From the human T2T-CHM13v2.0 reference genome, Homo sapiens: DNA of 64,000 bases. The position numbers and the translations under genes are program-made. Each line of letters begins with the position of its first letter. Position 1 is the stretch's first letter. The stretch is from NCBI RefSeq assembly GCF_009914755.1, contig NC_060947.1; one strand, 5' to 3'. This document shows, piece after piece, positions 51,366 to 63,729 of the stretch. Under the pieces are notes generated by a model. It saw only the letters and a program-made list of their open reading frames with translations. It made no database searches and had not been told where the DNA came from.

Positions 51366-51972
51366 ATTAACTGGAAGAAACAGAAACAAGGAATTAAGTG
51401 TGTTCACATTCTTTGATCTAAGGACTAGAGGCAGGACTGAGAAAGCAGCAGAGAATGAATTCACCTGACTTTACTGCCATCGTGTGGTCGTCTCATGCAT
51501 AGACAACTGGCTCACAATTCTGCATTCATTTTTCCAGTCATTGAGCCTACTAGGCCCTCTGCAAGGCAATGTGAAAATAAGGCCAATTGAATCAGAAGAC
51601 CTGACCTTGAGGCTATTGTAACAGCCTTGCTTTCCTCTGGAGTCACCAAGCTGGAAGTCACCTTAGTCACCAACTACTCCAGGGGTGAGCACCTCATTCT
51701 CATGCAGACTATGTCAGAAAAGATAGAAATGTTTATAAGCACCGTCATTATTTTTCTATTCAAAATGAAAGTAGCTTAGTGGCCTATGGGATGTATAGAG
51801 TCTCATTACTTTAAGCACCTCACTATTTTTAATAGAAGATGATCAGTGAGAAAATCTAATGGTAAATTAGCTTTCTAATCTGTTATGCCTTGTACCTGTA
51901 GAGCATTGTTTTCATAAAGCACATTTATCTGCATGTTGTCATGTTATGGCCAAAACAATTTTGGAAGGTAGG

Positions 51973-52645
51973 TATATTAGTCCATTCTCATGCTGCTATG
52001 AAGAAATACCTGAAACTGGGTAATTTAAAAAAAAAAAAAAAAAAAGCCGGGCGCAGTGGCTCACGCCTGTAATCCCAGCACTTTGGGAGGCTGAGACGGG
52101 TGGATCACGAGGTCAGGAGTTCGAGACCAGCCTGACCAACATGGTGAAACCCTGTCTCTACTAAAAATACAAAAATTAGCCGGGCGTGGTGGTGCATGCC
52201 TGTAATCTCAGCTACTCAGGAGGCTGAGACAGAAGAATTGCTTGAGCCTGGGGGTCAGAGGCTGCAGTGAGCCGAGATCGTGCCACTGCACTTCAGCCTG
52301 GGCTACAGAGCCAGACTCCGTCTCAAAAAAAAAAAAAAAAAAAAAGAAAAAGAGGTTTACTTGACTCACAGTTCCACATGGCTGGGGAGGCCTCAGGAAA
52401 CTTATCATCATGCCAGAAGGCACCTCTTCACAGAGCAGCAGGAGAGAGAATGAGTGCAAGCAGGGGAAATGCCAGATGCTTATAAAGTCATCAGATCTTG
52501 TGAGACTCGCTTATTATCATGAGAACAGCATGGGGGAAACTTTCGCCATGATTCAGTTATCTCCACCTAGTCCTGCCCTAGACACGTGGGGATTATTACA
52601 ATTCAAGGTGAGATTTTGATGGGGACACAGAGTCAAACCATATCA
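51973..52645 (-). mobile_element. THE1C-like solo LTR, inserted in a MIR and interrupted by an Alu
   Basis: 'tatattagtccattctcatgctgctatgaagaaatacc...ggggacacagagtcaaaccatatca'; perfect TSD gtagg (51968-51972 / 52646-52650). Confidence 0.92.
52045..52345 (+). mobile_element. AluS (AluSg-like)
   Basis: Full dimer; 'ggatcacgaggtcaggagttcgagaccagcctgaccaacatgg'; A21 tail. Confidence 0.92.
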
Positions 52646-53394
52646 GTAGGTATTATCATCCTCACTTTAGTCGTGGGGAAACAGGTTTAAAGAAGTGAAA
52701 TTACTTATCTATGGTGATACAGTCAGATAGCAACAGAGCCACCCTACAATTTGTTCGTTCCATTCAGTGCAACACTGAGCATGCCAAGCACTACGGACGT
52801 GCGGTTGAAATCATGTCCTGTCACAAACTTAACCTCTGGGGCAAGTCATCAAACCTTTTTGAGTTTCAGCTCCCCATGAGTAAAACAGAAGCGATACCAA
52901 CTACCTCCTCACAGAGCAGCTGCTTAAGTTGCCTTTTAACTGACTGATTTCCCCACTGCCTGCTCCAGCTCAGCACAGCTTCTTCTCTGGCTGGATACTC
53001 CTCTCTGTGTGGGCTAGATGGGCAACTAAAAAATCTTAAGCAACACCTAAGCCATGGATTTTCAAGGACTGCCTGCCAGGGCATTCTAGCTGATGCTGCA
53101 GGAAAATTGTGAGGGGCGGATGGCCTCCTATGGATGAGTTGCTTTGGACAATCCCTTTGGCCAATCTCTGGCCCCTCCTTCCATGGGTGGGTATTACTTT
53201 CTTTTTTTTTCTTTTCCTCTATAACTTAATCTTGATGGGGTGGGTATTACTAAAAAGCTCCTCTCCTCTAGAAGGGATGCCTTAAGTAGATTGCTTTAGT
53301 TTTTATTGTACATTTTTAACATATACAATATGATGTTTTTATATACCTATAGTGAAATGATTACTACAGTCAAGCAAATTAGCATATATTTCTC

Positions 53395-53399
<5 letters not shown>

Positions 53400-53426
<27 letters not shown>
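53400..53426. repeat. (TG)n microsatellite within an old reverse L1MA fragment (~53290-53455)
   Basis: About 13 TG units; flanking 'atagtgaaatgattactacagtcaagcaaattagcatat'. Confidence 0.85.
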
Positions 53427-54367
53427 ACACATTAAGAGGACCTGATATCTGCTCTTCTGTTATTTAAATACAAAATAGGTAGACGTGAAATTAGATCAAA
53501 GACCTCACCATAAAAGTAGGCATATCACAACACAGGGAGCTAGGCATGTATCTGGGGCCTCTGAGTACTTATCGATCTAGTCCAATGCTCTCTATGTGAA
53601 AACAAGGAAACTAAGGGTCAGAGTGCCAAAGTGAGGTGCCCAGGCAAGCTTAGGAAAATCAAAACCCAGGTGCCCTGATACCCTGGCCATGGTTGTTTCT
53701 ACCACACTTTGATGCCCTGCTATGGGCATGGAAATGTATTAGACTGCTTCTTTGTGCTGTGGTGAGCACAAGAAAACAAACTGTCCATAAAGAAGGAAAC
53801 TGACAGAAAGAAAAGGTAACAGGAAATGCCTGGAAACTGAACCCACAAAGGTCAAACCCCAAGTCACCATAAAAGGCTTTGAACTGGCAAGAATGAGCAG
53901 AAATGATGGGAGAGCAAAGGAAATGAACCTCCAGGAGAGGAAACACAGGGAGCACACACATGGCTTTTGGGTAGCCTCTACTGCAGGCCTTTGCCAAGTG
54001 TGTGTTGGAGGGGGTCCCTCCTTCCCTCCCAGAAGCCAAGTCTGGGGCATCCCCTCCAAAAAGGCTCTTGAGACCTAGGCTGCTACTAATAGCAAGTTAC
54101 ATATAATGCAGCCTATTGTGCTTTGTATGTGTCTATACTTCACTTAATCTTCTCATTAACCCTACGGAGAGAAATACTATTACCAATCCTCATTAATGGA
54201 GGCTTGCACAACTTGTAAATGGTAAGGCTCATATTTGAACCCAGGTCATTCTACTATTAACCTGTGCATTTAGCCTTCATGCTGCATATACTGGCTCCTT
54301 GCTGTAATAGGTCCTTTTTCTGAAAACTAAAGTACTGGGAACATTTTTATTTTAACAACTGGTATCA

Positions 54368-54392
54368 GGATGATGATGATGATGATGATGAT
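54368..54392. repeat. (GAT)n microsatellite at a MIR tail
   Basis: About 8 GAT units, followed by a reverse MIR at 54400-54560. Confidence 0.9.
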
Positions 54393-56146
54393 ATCAGATA
54401 TCAACTATTGACTGGTTACTATGTACCAAATACTATACTGTATGTATTGCATGCATTATCTCATCTAATTCTCACAACAATCCATGAGGTAGTAACAAAC
54501 TCACAAATGCTGAATAATTTGCCCAAGGTCACAGAGCTAAGAATGTAGCTATGCAAAAGCCCGGTCTTACAACTAGGCAATCTATGCCCAACCCTCTCTT
54601 TCAATTAGAGGCTTGATGAAGAATAGCATCAATTTAGAATTGGACTTCTCAAGAATTCATCTGTGTGGCATCAAGTCCATAAAATCTTCATTTGATGGCT
54701 GGAGTTCAATTAACAAGCAGCAAAGCATTTTTCTCAGCTTGAATTTTTCATTTATTTAATAAAATTAAGGTATATGAAAAGCATTGCACTTGACAGGGCT
54801 GTTGCAAGGAGCCTTTACCTGTTTTCTCCCTCTTGTTGAATGGGTGATTCATTCAAGAAACAGATACTGGGTTGCCATTAAGCAGCATCTACCGTATACG
54901 TGGGAGTAAGGAAACTAGTCCTAGGTCACTAGTTGTGGGGCCTTCAGAAAGTCACCTGCCCTTATTTGCCCCACTGACTGATCTCAAGGTCCCTCTCAGT
55001 TTAAGTTTCAGTGCAGGTTCCCGGTTAATGTTTGTTCATTTTCTGTTTTAAATATTTGGCTGTTAGTTTCTTCTTTAAGTGAAGAAAAGAAGTAAAGGAG
55101 TCAATTTCCTAAACTGTTCAACTGAAGACTCTGGTGGGACAGGGTCAGGTACATAATTTTCCAGGAGGGTAGAGTGGACACCAAGGGAGTCCCGGGACAG
55201 CAAGGGACCTGGAAGAAGGACTGGAAGACACAAGAGAAGAACCTGGAAACAAAACAGGCAATGGAAGGAAGGAGGTCAAACTTTCCTGGTTTGCGGGGGG
55301 AGGGGGGGTGCGGGGGCTGGTAGATTCTTTTTGCAATTGTACGGTTTTGTTTTCAAGGCTGTATCTTCCCCAAACCCCCTCCAATCTTTCATCCTCCCTA
55401 TCCCCCAAACACATACCCCAGAAGACCAGAGAGAGGCCCTAGATAAACTGTATATAATCTTAGAACATGTGGAACACAAAAATTTTTGTAGATCTTTCTT
55501 ATTTGATTGACTTTAGCAGGACCATTTAGGTTCCTTTATTAGTGCAAGTCAAATCTAGAGGCATTTAAGAATTTCCCATATATATTCATTCCAATGGGGA
55601 TCTCTTTCAGAATCCCATCAGGTCCAGCCACTTCCTGATTTATGTTTAATCTGATTATACTAAAAGATTGATGGGGGACTGGGGGTGGAGATAGGGGTTG
55701 AGGTGGGGAGACAGGATGCATCACTAGGTACTTTCCATGATGTTTCAGACATTTGTTTCTGAAAACAATAGAGCTGAAGTGTATCCTAAAGAAAAAAAAT
55801 TCTCAAATGACTCAAGACATACCCTCACCAATGGAGAGGAAAAAAGTCATTGTAGCACACAGGCAGTGAGTTAGAAGATAGGCTCCATTCATTATTCTGC
55901 CTTTAATTTGCTGTGTGACCTTACACAAGTCACTTTAGCTCTCCATCTCAGGTTTTCCTCATCATAAAAATGGCATATTACTGTCAGCCATGGTTGAGTT
56001 TTTTAGGGTCTTATTATATTGTGTTCATGAGAACATGTTGCGAATGTGATCCATTGATGGACAATACAGACATTACCCTAGAATTAAGTGCTATTTATAA
56101 CACGACAGTTTTATAAGCTTACTTAAAAGCAGCTGTGTCTCATTAG

Positions 56147-57280
56147 AGACCTGGAACCATAAAAACCCTAGAAGAAAACCTAGGCAATACCATTCAGGAC
56201 ATAGGCATGGGCAAGGACTTCATGACTAAAATATCAAAAGCAATGGCAACAAAAGCCAAAATTGACAAATGGGATCTAATTAAACTAAAGAGCTTCTGTA
56301 CAGCAAAAGAAACTATCATCAGAGTGAACAGGCAACCTACAGAATGGGAGAAAATTTTTGCAATCTATCCATCTGACAAAGGGCTAATATCCAGAATCTA
56401 CAAGGAACTTAAACAAATTTACAAGAAAAAAAACAACTCCATCAAAAAGTGGGCAAAGGATATGAACAGACACTTCTCAAAAGAGGACATTTATGCGGCA
56501 AACAAACATATGAAAAAAAGCTCATCATCACTGGTCATTAGAGAAATGCAAATCAAAACCACAATGAGATACCATCTCACACCAGTTAGGATGGTGATCA
56601 TTAAAAAGTCAGGGAATAAACAGATGCTGGAGAGGATGTGGAGAAATAAGAACACTTTTACACTGTTGGTGGGAGTGTAAATTAGTTCAACCATTGTGGA
56701 AGACAGTTTGGCAATTCCTCAAGAATCTAGAAACAGAAATACCATTTGACCCAGCAATCCCATTACTGGGTATATACCCAAAGGATTATAAATCATTCCA
56801 CTATAAAGACACATGCACACCTATGTTTATTGCAGCATTATTCACAATAGCAAAGACTTGGAGCCAACCCAAATGCCCACCAGTGATAGAGTGGATAAAG
56901 AAAATGTGGCACATATACACCATGGAATACTATGCATCCATAAAAAAGGATGAGTTCATGTCCTTTGCAGGGACATGGGTGAAGCTGGAAACCATCATTT
57001 TCAGCCAATTAACAGAGGAACAGAAAACCAAACACTGCATGATCTCACTCATAAGTGCTAGTTGAACAATGAGAACACATGGACACAGTGAGGGAAACAT
57101 CACACACCGGGGCCTGTTGGGGGGTGGGGGGCTAGGGGAGGGATAGCATTAGGAGAAATACCTAATGTAGATGATGGGTTGATGGGTGCGGCAAACCACC
57201 ATGGCACGTGTATACCTATGTAACAAACCTGCACGTTCTGCACATGTATCCCAAAACTTAAAGTATAATTGTTAAAAAAG
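56147..57280 (+). mobile_element. 5'-truncated LINE-1, L1PA7-like (antisense to LHFPL1)
   Basis: ORF2 C-terminal fragments; 3'UTR 'gcattaggagaaatacctaatgtagatgatgggttgatgggtgcggcaaaccaccatggcacgtgtatacc'. Confidence 0.92.
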
Positions 57281-58034
57281 AATATCCTTAATAATGTGGT
57301 TTAGGGACAGATGGCCATACAAAAATAACCAAGTTTACCAAAATGATGGTTAAAATGCCACATTTCTCTGAACATTGTCACTGAGCAACAGGAGTGAAAT
57401 TCAAGATTTTTATGTCCTCTTCCTCAGAACTAAAGAGTAAAGGAAAATAACAGTATAAGAATCAGCTAAAAAAAATCTGTTTGCTGATCATTTTATTTTA
57501 ATTAAACTAAAGCTTTAACATAGGAATATTTTGACTTCTACCTTAATAGACTAGAACTTAAAGTATTAAAAAAAACAAACTCACAAAGCTGTGTTCTCTT
57601 TTCCCCTATGCTGGACAAAATAGGACTTCTTAAATTATTTTATCTTCCACCTTTTTCATCTGTAAAATAAAAATTTCAACATTAAAAAAAGAAATTTATG
57701 TATTTATTTATTCTCCAAATATTAATGAGGACATTTATTATGGACTCTGTGTTAGGTATAGAAGGTATAAGTTGAAACATATTATTTTTATCTTGCAATC
57801 ACAACCTAGTCTCCCATACCTTGACAATAGATTGACTCTATTACCAACAAATAGTGCTTTCAATAATAGGAAGTAGTAAATATTGTTCAACAAGGGACCA
57901 AGTTCTCTACTAAGATACTTCTCACTTCTTGCATGTACAGTGTTATTTTCTTAAGCTAATTTAATATAAATGAACCCATATTTAAAATTAAAATGTATTC
58001 TTACTTTAGCTCCCAATTGTTTTAAAGCATACTT

Positions 58035-58164
58035 CTTTTTTTTTATTATACTTTAAGTTTTAGGGTACATGTGCACAACGTGCAGGTTAGTTACATATGT
58101 ATACATGTGCCATGTTGGTGTGCTGCACCCATTAACTCGTCATTTAACATTAGGTATATCTCTA
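58035..58164 (-). mobile_element. 130-bp L1PA4/5-like 3' end insertion
   Basis: T-run + 'attatactttaagttttagggtacatgtgcacaacgtgcagg...taggtatatctc'; TSD aaagcatactt (58024-58034 / 58165-58175). Confidence 0.92.
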
Positions 58165-59149
58165 AAAGCATACTTATTTTTCATTTGCTTTATATTTGGA
58201 CCAGGACTTTCTTATATATTTTTATTGCATGTTTGTTTACCTGGGCATTTCTAATCTTCTTTTTATCTGTCATCTGACATTTTCCTATTCACAAATTATC
58301 CTAACCTTTCAGTTAGAATTTCTCCTTCTTCAAGACTCCCTTTTCCTTAGCAACCTTTTCACTGAAGGCCATAAGCCTCCTCCAATTGTGAACAATTGCC
58401 TTCTAATGTGTTACAGAGGCTTCATTCATGCTATTCTTCAAAGATTTGCACACTTTATGGTTTCCTGGATTACTTGCCTTCCTCTTTTGGGATTTATTCT
58501 CTCCTTTGACTGTAATATATCTTCCAATATTCCCCTATGAAAAATACACGAGAGATAAATGTTATGTGGCCTTCCATGTTGAAAATCTTCATTATTTTAT
58601 TTTACTTGAATGACAGTTTTTCTGGGTATAAAATTTTAAAAGCATTGTACCTTTTTCATCTAGCATCCATTGGCTTTGATAAAATATATTATGCCAGAAT
58701 GATTTTGTTATTTATATGTATTTTGTCTTTTATAACTTTTTTCTTCTCTACAAGTTTTTAAGGTGTTCTGTTTAATGTTCTGAAATTTTGTCATAATATG
58801 TATATTCATGAATCCTTTTATTCTCATTGTGCAGAGTAATCAGGGAGGCCTTTTATGTTGCTGGACATGACTTCTCACATCCCTTTTTTCATGTGTGGAA
58901 CAAATAAACATCTAGTTTTTTGTGAAAAAAAAAAAAGTATATAGCTTCTCTAAGTTTTTAGTGGGACCTATTTGGGTGTCCCCTGTCTATATGCCATTGG
59001 GTATGAAAGAATTTTCTAGTGGTGTGTGGATTTAAGAGGATTTTGAAAATCTCATCAAAGTTGCAATTAGTGTATTAAGAAATCACTTGAAATATCTGTT
59101 CAGGGTTCTTACTTAGATTTCTTTATAATACAGTAGAAAAAAAAATTCC

Positions 59150-61250
59150 TCCTCATTGCACCCTCGGTTTCTCAGAGACTTTGCTTTTTTGCATCATTCT
59201 CTCTCCACTACAGGATCATTCCCATCAGCATCCAAGCATTTGGTCATCTTAGAAAAGGCCTTTCTTCATCCCGCATTCTCCTCCAGCTGCTGCTCACTTT
59301 CTCTGCTCTCCTTCTTAGCAAAATTGCTTGAAAGAACTATCTACACACATTGCCTTCATTTTCCTCATCTTACAATACTACCAGTATCTGTAACTCCAAA
59401 ACTTCTCTTCTAGGTCACCTTTGTCTGACTGACTGCAATGGTCACTTCTCTGTCCTCATCGAGTTTAATGCAGCAGCATTAAACATAGTTGGTTACACCT
59501 TCTTTTTTGACATACATTTTTCTCTTGGCTGCTGTGACCCCCACATTCCTGATTTTCTTTTTTATGTTTCTCTGGCTACCCCTCTGAGTCTCCTTAGTAA
59601 GTTTCTGTACAGAGAAGCAACTAACAGCACAGACTCTCTCAAGTCGTGCTGTCCAATATGGTAGCCACTAGTCGCATTGTGCCTATTACACTTAATAAAA
59701 TTACATCAGATTAATTAATAAAATTAGATATTTATTTAATAAAATTAAAAGTAACAATTCAGTTCCTCAGTCCCATTAGCCATATTTTAATTGTTCAACA
59801 ACATGTGACTAGGAACACATGAGACAGCAACACACAGAACATTTCCATCATTGCAAAAACTTCTGTTAGATGGTGTTGCTTAGATCAGACTTCTATCTGC
59901 CACTCCACAGCTGAATGACCTTAGGCAAGTTACTTAATCTCTCTTAACCTCAATTTCCCTTTCTGTAAATGAGGCTAATAATATCTTCTTTATAGATTGT
60001 GGCAAAGATGTAATGAGCTCTTGTATGTATAGTGAGTGCCATATAGGAGTTCGCTATGATTGCCCAATCTTTATACATGAAGAATTTCCCATTACTTAGA
60101 CTGGGCTCTCTTCTCTTCTCACTCAACTCTTTCTCCCTAGCTAAATTCATCTTGGATAAGTCTCTTTACCTTTCTGTGAACTTCTCATCCTCATGATAAG
60201 ATGAAGATAATGACAGCACCTATTTCACTTGGTTGCTGTGAAAATTAAATGAGATGATACATATAAAACACTTGGAACATTGCCTGGCACATAGGTCATA
60301 GTCAGTAGGTGATAACCACTGTTAGTATTACAATCCTCTTTCCCATTACTTTAAACATCATCTATGTACTAAGAACTCCCAATTTCTAAACTCAAGGTCA
60401 GAGACCTCACTGAGCTCCAGACTGCTTGCTTGACATCTCCACTTGGATTTCTCACACAGGTATCTCCAAAACCTATCTAAAACTGAGTTTCCTTCTCTTT
60501 TCTCAATCCCAGCCACAGTTGCTTCTCCTCTAGTCTTCCCCATTTTTGGACATCTCTTCCATACCCATATCAAATCTATCACCTGTACAATTGATTACAC
60601 TTTAAAATATATTTTGAAACAGCCTACTTTCCCCAGCTCCACTGTCACCTTTGCAACCCTCATGTCTTTGCCTAGACTATGGCTCAGCCTCCTGACTGGC
60701 CTCCTGCTTCCACTCTCGTCACCATCCCCATAGCCATTCTCTACAACACTGCCAGAGGAAACTTCCTAGAATAGAAATCATATCTTATCTCTTTTCTTCC
60801 TCAAACCCTGCAATGGTTTCTCATTGCAGTTAGGATAAAATACAAAGTCCTTATATTCTGACTAATGCCTACGTCTCTGAGATCATCTATTACTCTTCCC
60901 ATTACTCACTCTTCTGATTCAGCAAAACTGGCCTTAGAGTAGTACCCAAATACAACATGTGCTTTCGCACATTAGAGCCTTTATAGCATTCTACTTCTTT
61001 GTGTGGAACTCTCTTCTTCATGTAGTTCACTTGGTTAAGCCTACCCACCCTTCAGGTTTCTTCTTAAATCTTACCTTCTTAGAGAGGCCTTCTCTAATAA
61101 TCCTCTAATTTAAGTCAGATGCCCCTCTAGAATTCTCTCACCAAACCCTGTCTCTTCCTTCATATCATTTATCAACACTAATTAGACACCATCAGAACAT
61201 CTACCATTTTTATAACCACCGAAGTTCCTTCCCTCCTAGCACAGTGCCTG
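59150..61250 (+). mobile_element. Long L2 relic with nested MIRs and MER3 (~59643-59878)
   Basis: L2 phrases 'caggatcattcccatcagcat', 'gagctccagactgcttgcttgacatctccacttgga', 'taggataaaatacaaagtcctt'; MER3 'gctgtccaatatggtagccactag...agaacatttccatcattgcaaaaacttctgtt'. Confidence 0.75.
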
Positions 61251-62209
61251 CCTGCGAGTCAGAAAGCCTACGGTGTGTGATCTTGGCAAGTCCTTTTCCA
61301 GGCCTCAGGTTTCTTGTCTTTACCTTGAGGAGGTTGGATTAGATTTATTTGCTCAATAAGCCTCTGTTGAATGTGAAAAAGGACACACAAGGTCTGGGCC
61401 AACATGAAGCTTACATTCTAATAAGGAACACAGGTAATCAAATAAGCAAATCTAATAATTATATATTGTGATTAGTGCTACAAAAGACACCAAAAAGATG
61501 TGTGATAGAAAAGTATGATGATGGGGGACTTTGAGGTGGTGACATTGAAGATAAATGATAATAAAGAACCAGCCAAACCCAAATGATAGCTAAGATCTAT
61601 TTTGTTTGGACATTCTATGATTCTGTATAAAATATGCCACACATAGCTAAATATGCCAAGCATCATAAAGGAGGGAGCTGCCTCATTAAAGCTGGCACCA
61701 AGGGCTTTGTGCTATCAGTTGAGGTATATGAGAGTCTTATTCTTCCTCTCAGGATAATGTCAGTAGATGAAATCAACCTGACAGAATAGTTTTAAGAAAC
61801 CAGTATGGTAATGAATTTAACGTTCATAGCACAATCACCATAATAAGTGTATACAACATTTTTAAGACCTCCAAATTCAAGATTGTAGTTACTTCTGGAG
61901 GCACAGAGATGTAATTGGGGCAGGATATAGAAAGATTCAAACATATTGGTAAGGTTTTATTTTCTAACCTGGAATTCAAATCCCACCTCTGCCACTCTAC
62001 CAGCTGAGTGAGTGAACTTAGGCAAGCTACATAACTTTAAGTAGCTACTTAATCGGTAATAGGTACGTGGATGTTCATGGTATTACTTCATATCTTTAAA
62101 AATATTTGAAGTATTGCATAATAATTCTAAAATGTAATTAATATGAAGCCTATGCAAGCATTCAATAAATGATAGCAATTATTATTACGTAATGATCACA
62201 GCACCTAAG

Positions 62210-62420
62210 TAATGGTTGAAAGCTAGGGCAATGGAGACTCCCAGGCCTGGGTTTAAATCCTGGTTCTGCCAATTACAAGCTCTGTGCCCTGGGGTAACTT
62301 AATAACCACCTTCTCAAGAATTTTGCTCCTTCAGTTATTCCCTCTCTAACTGTCATCAAGGTTTAAGTAAAATAATGTATGGGATATAGTAAATGCTCAA
62401 AAACATATTAATTATCGTTA
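62210..62420 (+). mobile_element. MIR
   Basis: 'ggcctgggtttaaatcctggttctgccaattacaagctctgtgccctggggtaacttaa...tagtaaatgctcaa'. Confidence 0.7.
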
Positions 62421-62849
62421 ACATCATTTTTATTCTCCTCAATCCCATGCACAGAAAAAAGAAAGAGTTAGGAACAAGTGAATGGAAAGGATAAAGTGGG
62501 TCTCCTATTCTCTGCTCCCTCCCTTTCTATTCCTTTTCCTTGCTGAAGGAAGATGGCATATGCTGAAAACTGTTCTCTCCAAGAGAAGCAGCATGAGGTC
62601 CTTCGATGGCAAGCCTGCCTGGGAGTTGGAGATGAGCTGCTAGAAAGGGCTTTGACTCCAAGTTAAAATAGACCAAGGCAAATCTCAGGAACATTCTCAT
62701 CAGGGTCTGAAATCAAAGTAGACTTAAAATAAATGGATAAAAGTTAAGAATTTTTAAAGAATTGTAATTGCAAATTAGACACTGTTACCTTTTAAAGTTG
62801 CTAGAGTTGAATATATTATTTGAAATGAGCAATAAAAATGAAATGTTAT

Positions 62850-63710
62850 TTAATCCTTTTCATAATTATTGAAATGCAGATTAAAAGAAGATACCAGAGT
62901 GGAAGAAACTGAAATGTTGACAATCCACAAAACTGAGGAGGCTATGGGACATCAGGCAAACTCACATTGTGGGTTGGAGAATAATTTAGTACAGTCTCTT
63001 TGGAGAGCATTTAATTCATCAATGACTTCTGAAAATTTAAAATAACCATTAACCCAATCATTCCACTCCTAGGAATTTGTCCTACAGATAAACTAGTATG
63101 CTAAGACATATACATAAAGTTGTTCCCTGAAATATGTTTTGGAAAAGCCAAAAACTGGAAGCAACCTAAATGTGCATAAAGAAGTGGTTAATGATCATAT
63201 GATTCAATCATTCAACAAATATTCAGTACTATTTGGTACTCTTTAAGCAGGCACTGGGGAGATAGCAATAAACAACACAGACAAAAATCTATGCCCTCAC
63301 AGAGCATGTTATTATGTTATCCCTGCAATGGAAAAATATGGCATACCTAAAATATAGAAGGAAGATCTATAAACATTGATAGGTTTTCAAGAGATATGAA
63401 TAAGCGAAAAACGCAAGGTGCAGAACAGTGTAGCTAGATAGATAGAGAGCTAGATAATATGATCCCATTGGATATTGGAACAAATATTGGAAAAAATATT
63501 TTATATTTATTAAAAATTATATTTATATTTATGTTTATATTTATTATTTATATTTATTAAAAATTCTGGAGAATATAAAAGGAACTTAATGGTCATTTTG
63601 GGGAATGGTATCGAGGTCAGAAAAAAAGACTGATTTTAAGTTTTAAACCTTTATATATGTATTGTTTTATTTTGTCACATACATGAATTATTTTTATTTA
63701 AAATAACGAT
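62850..63710 (+). mobile_element. Ancient L1ME-like 3' region with an L2 fragment (~63200-63310)
   Basis: 'cattccactcctaggaatttgtcctacag', 'aaaaactggaagcaacctaaatgt', 'gcaaggtgcagaacagtgt'. Confidence 0.6.
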
Positions 63711-63729
63711 CTGAAATATGGTTTGGCAT

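Noticed and set aside
58069-58761. Hydrophobic + strand ORFs (61-114 aa)
   Set aside because: They run through antisense L1 and T-rich decayed L1M sequence; the hydrophobicity is a compositional effect.
63470-63566. AT-rich duplicated segments (tttatatttattaaaaatt twice)
   Set aside because: Low-complexity slippage inside an old L1ME; no sign of function.
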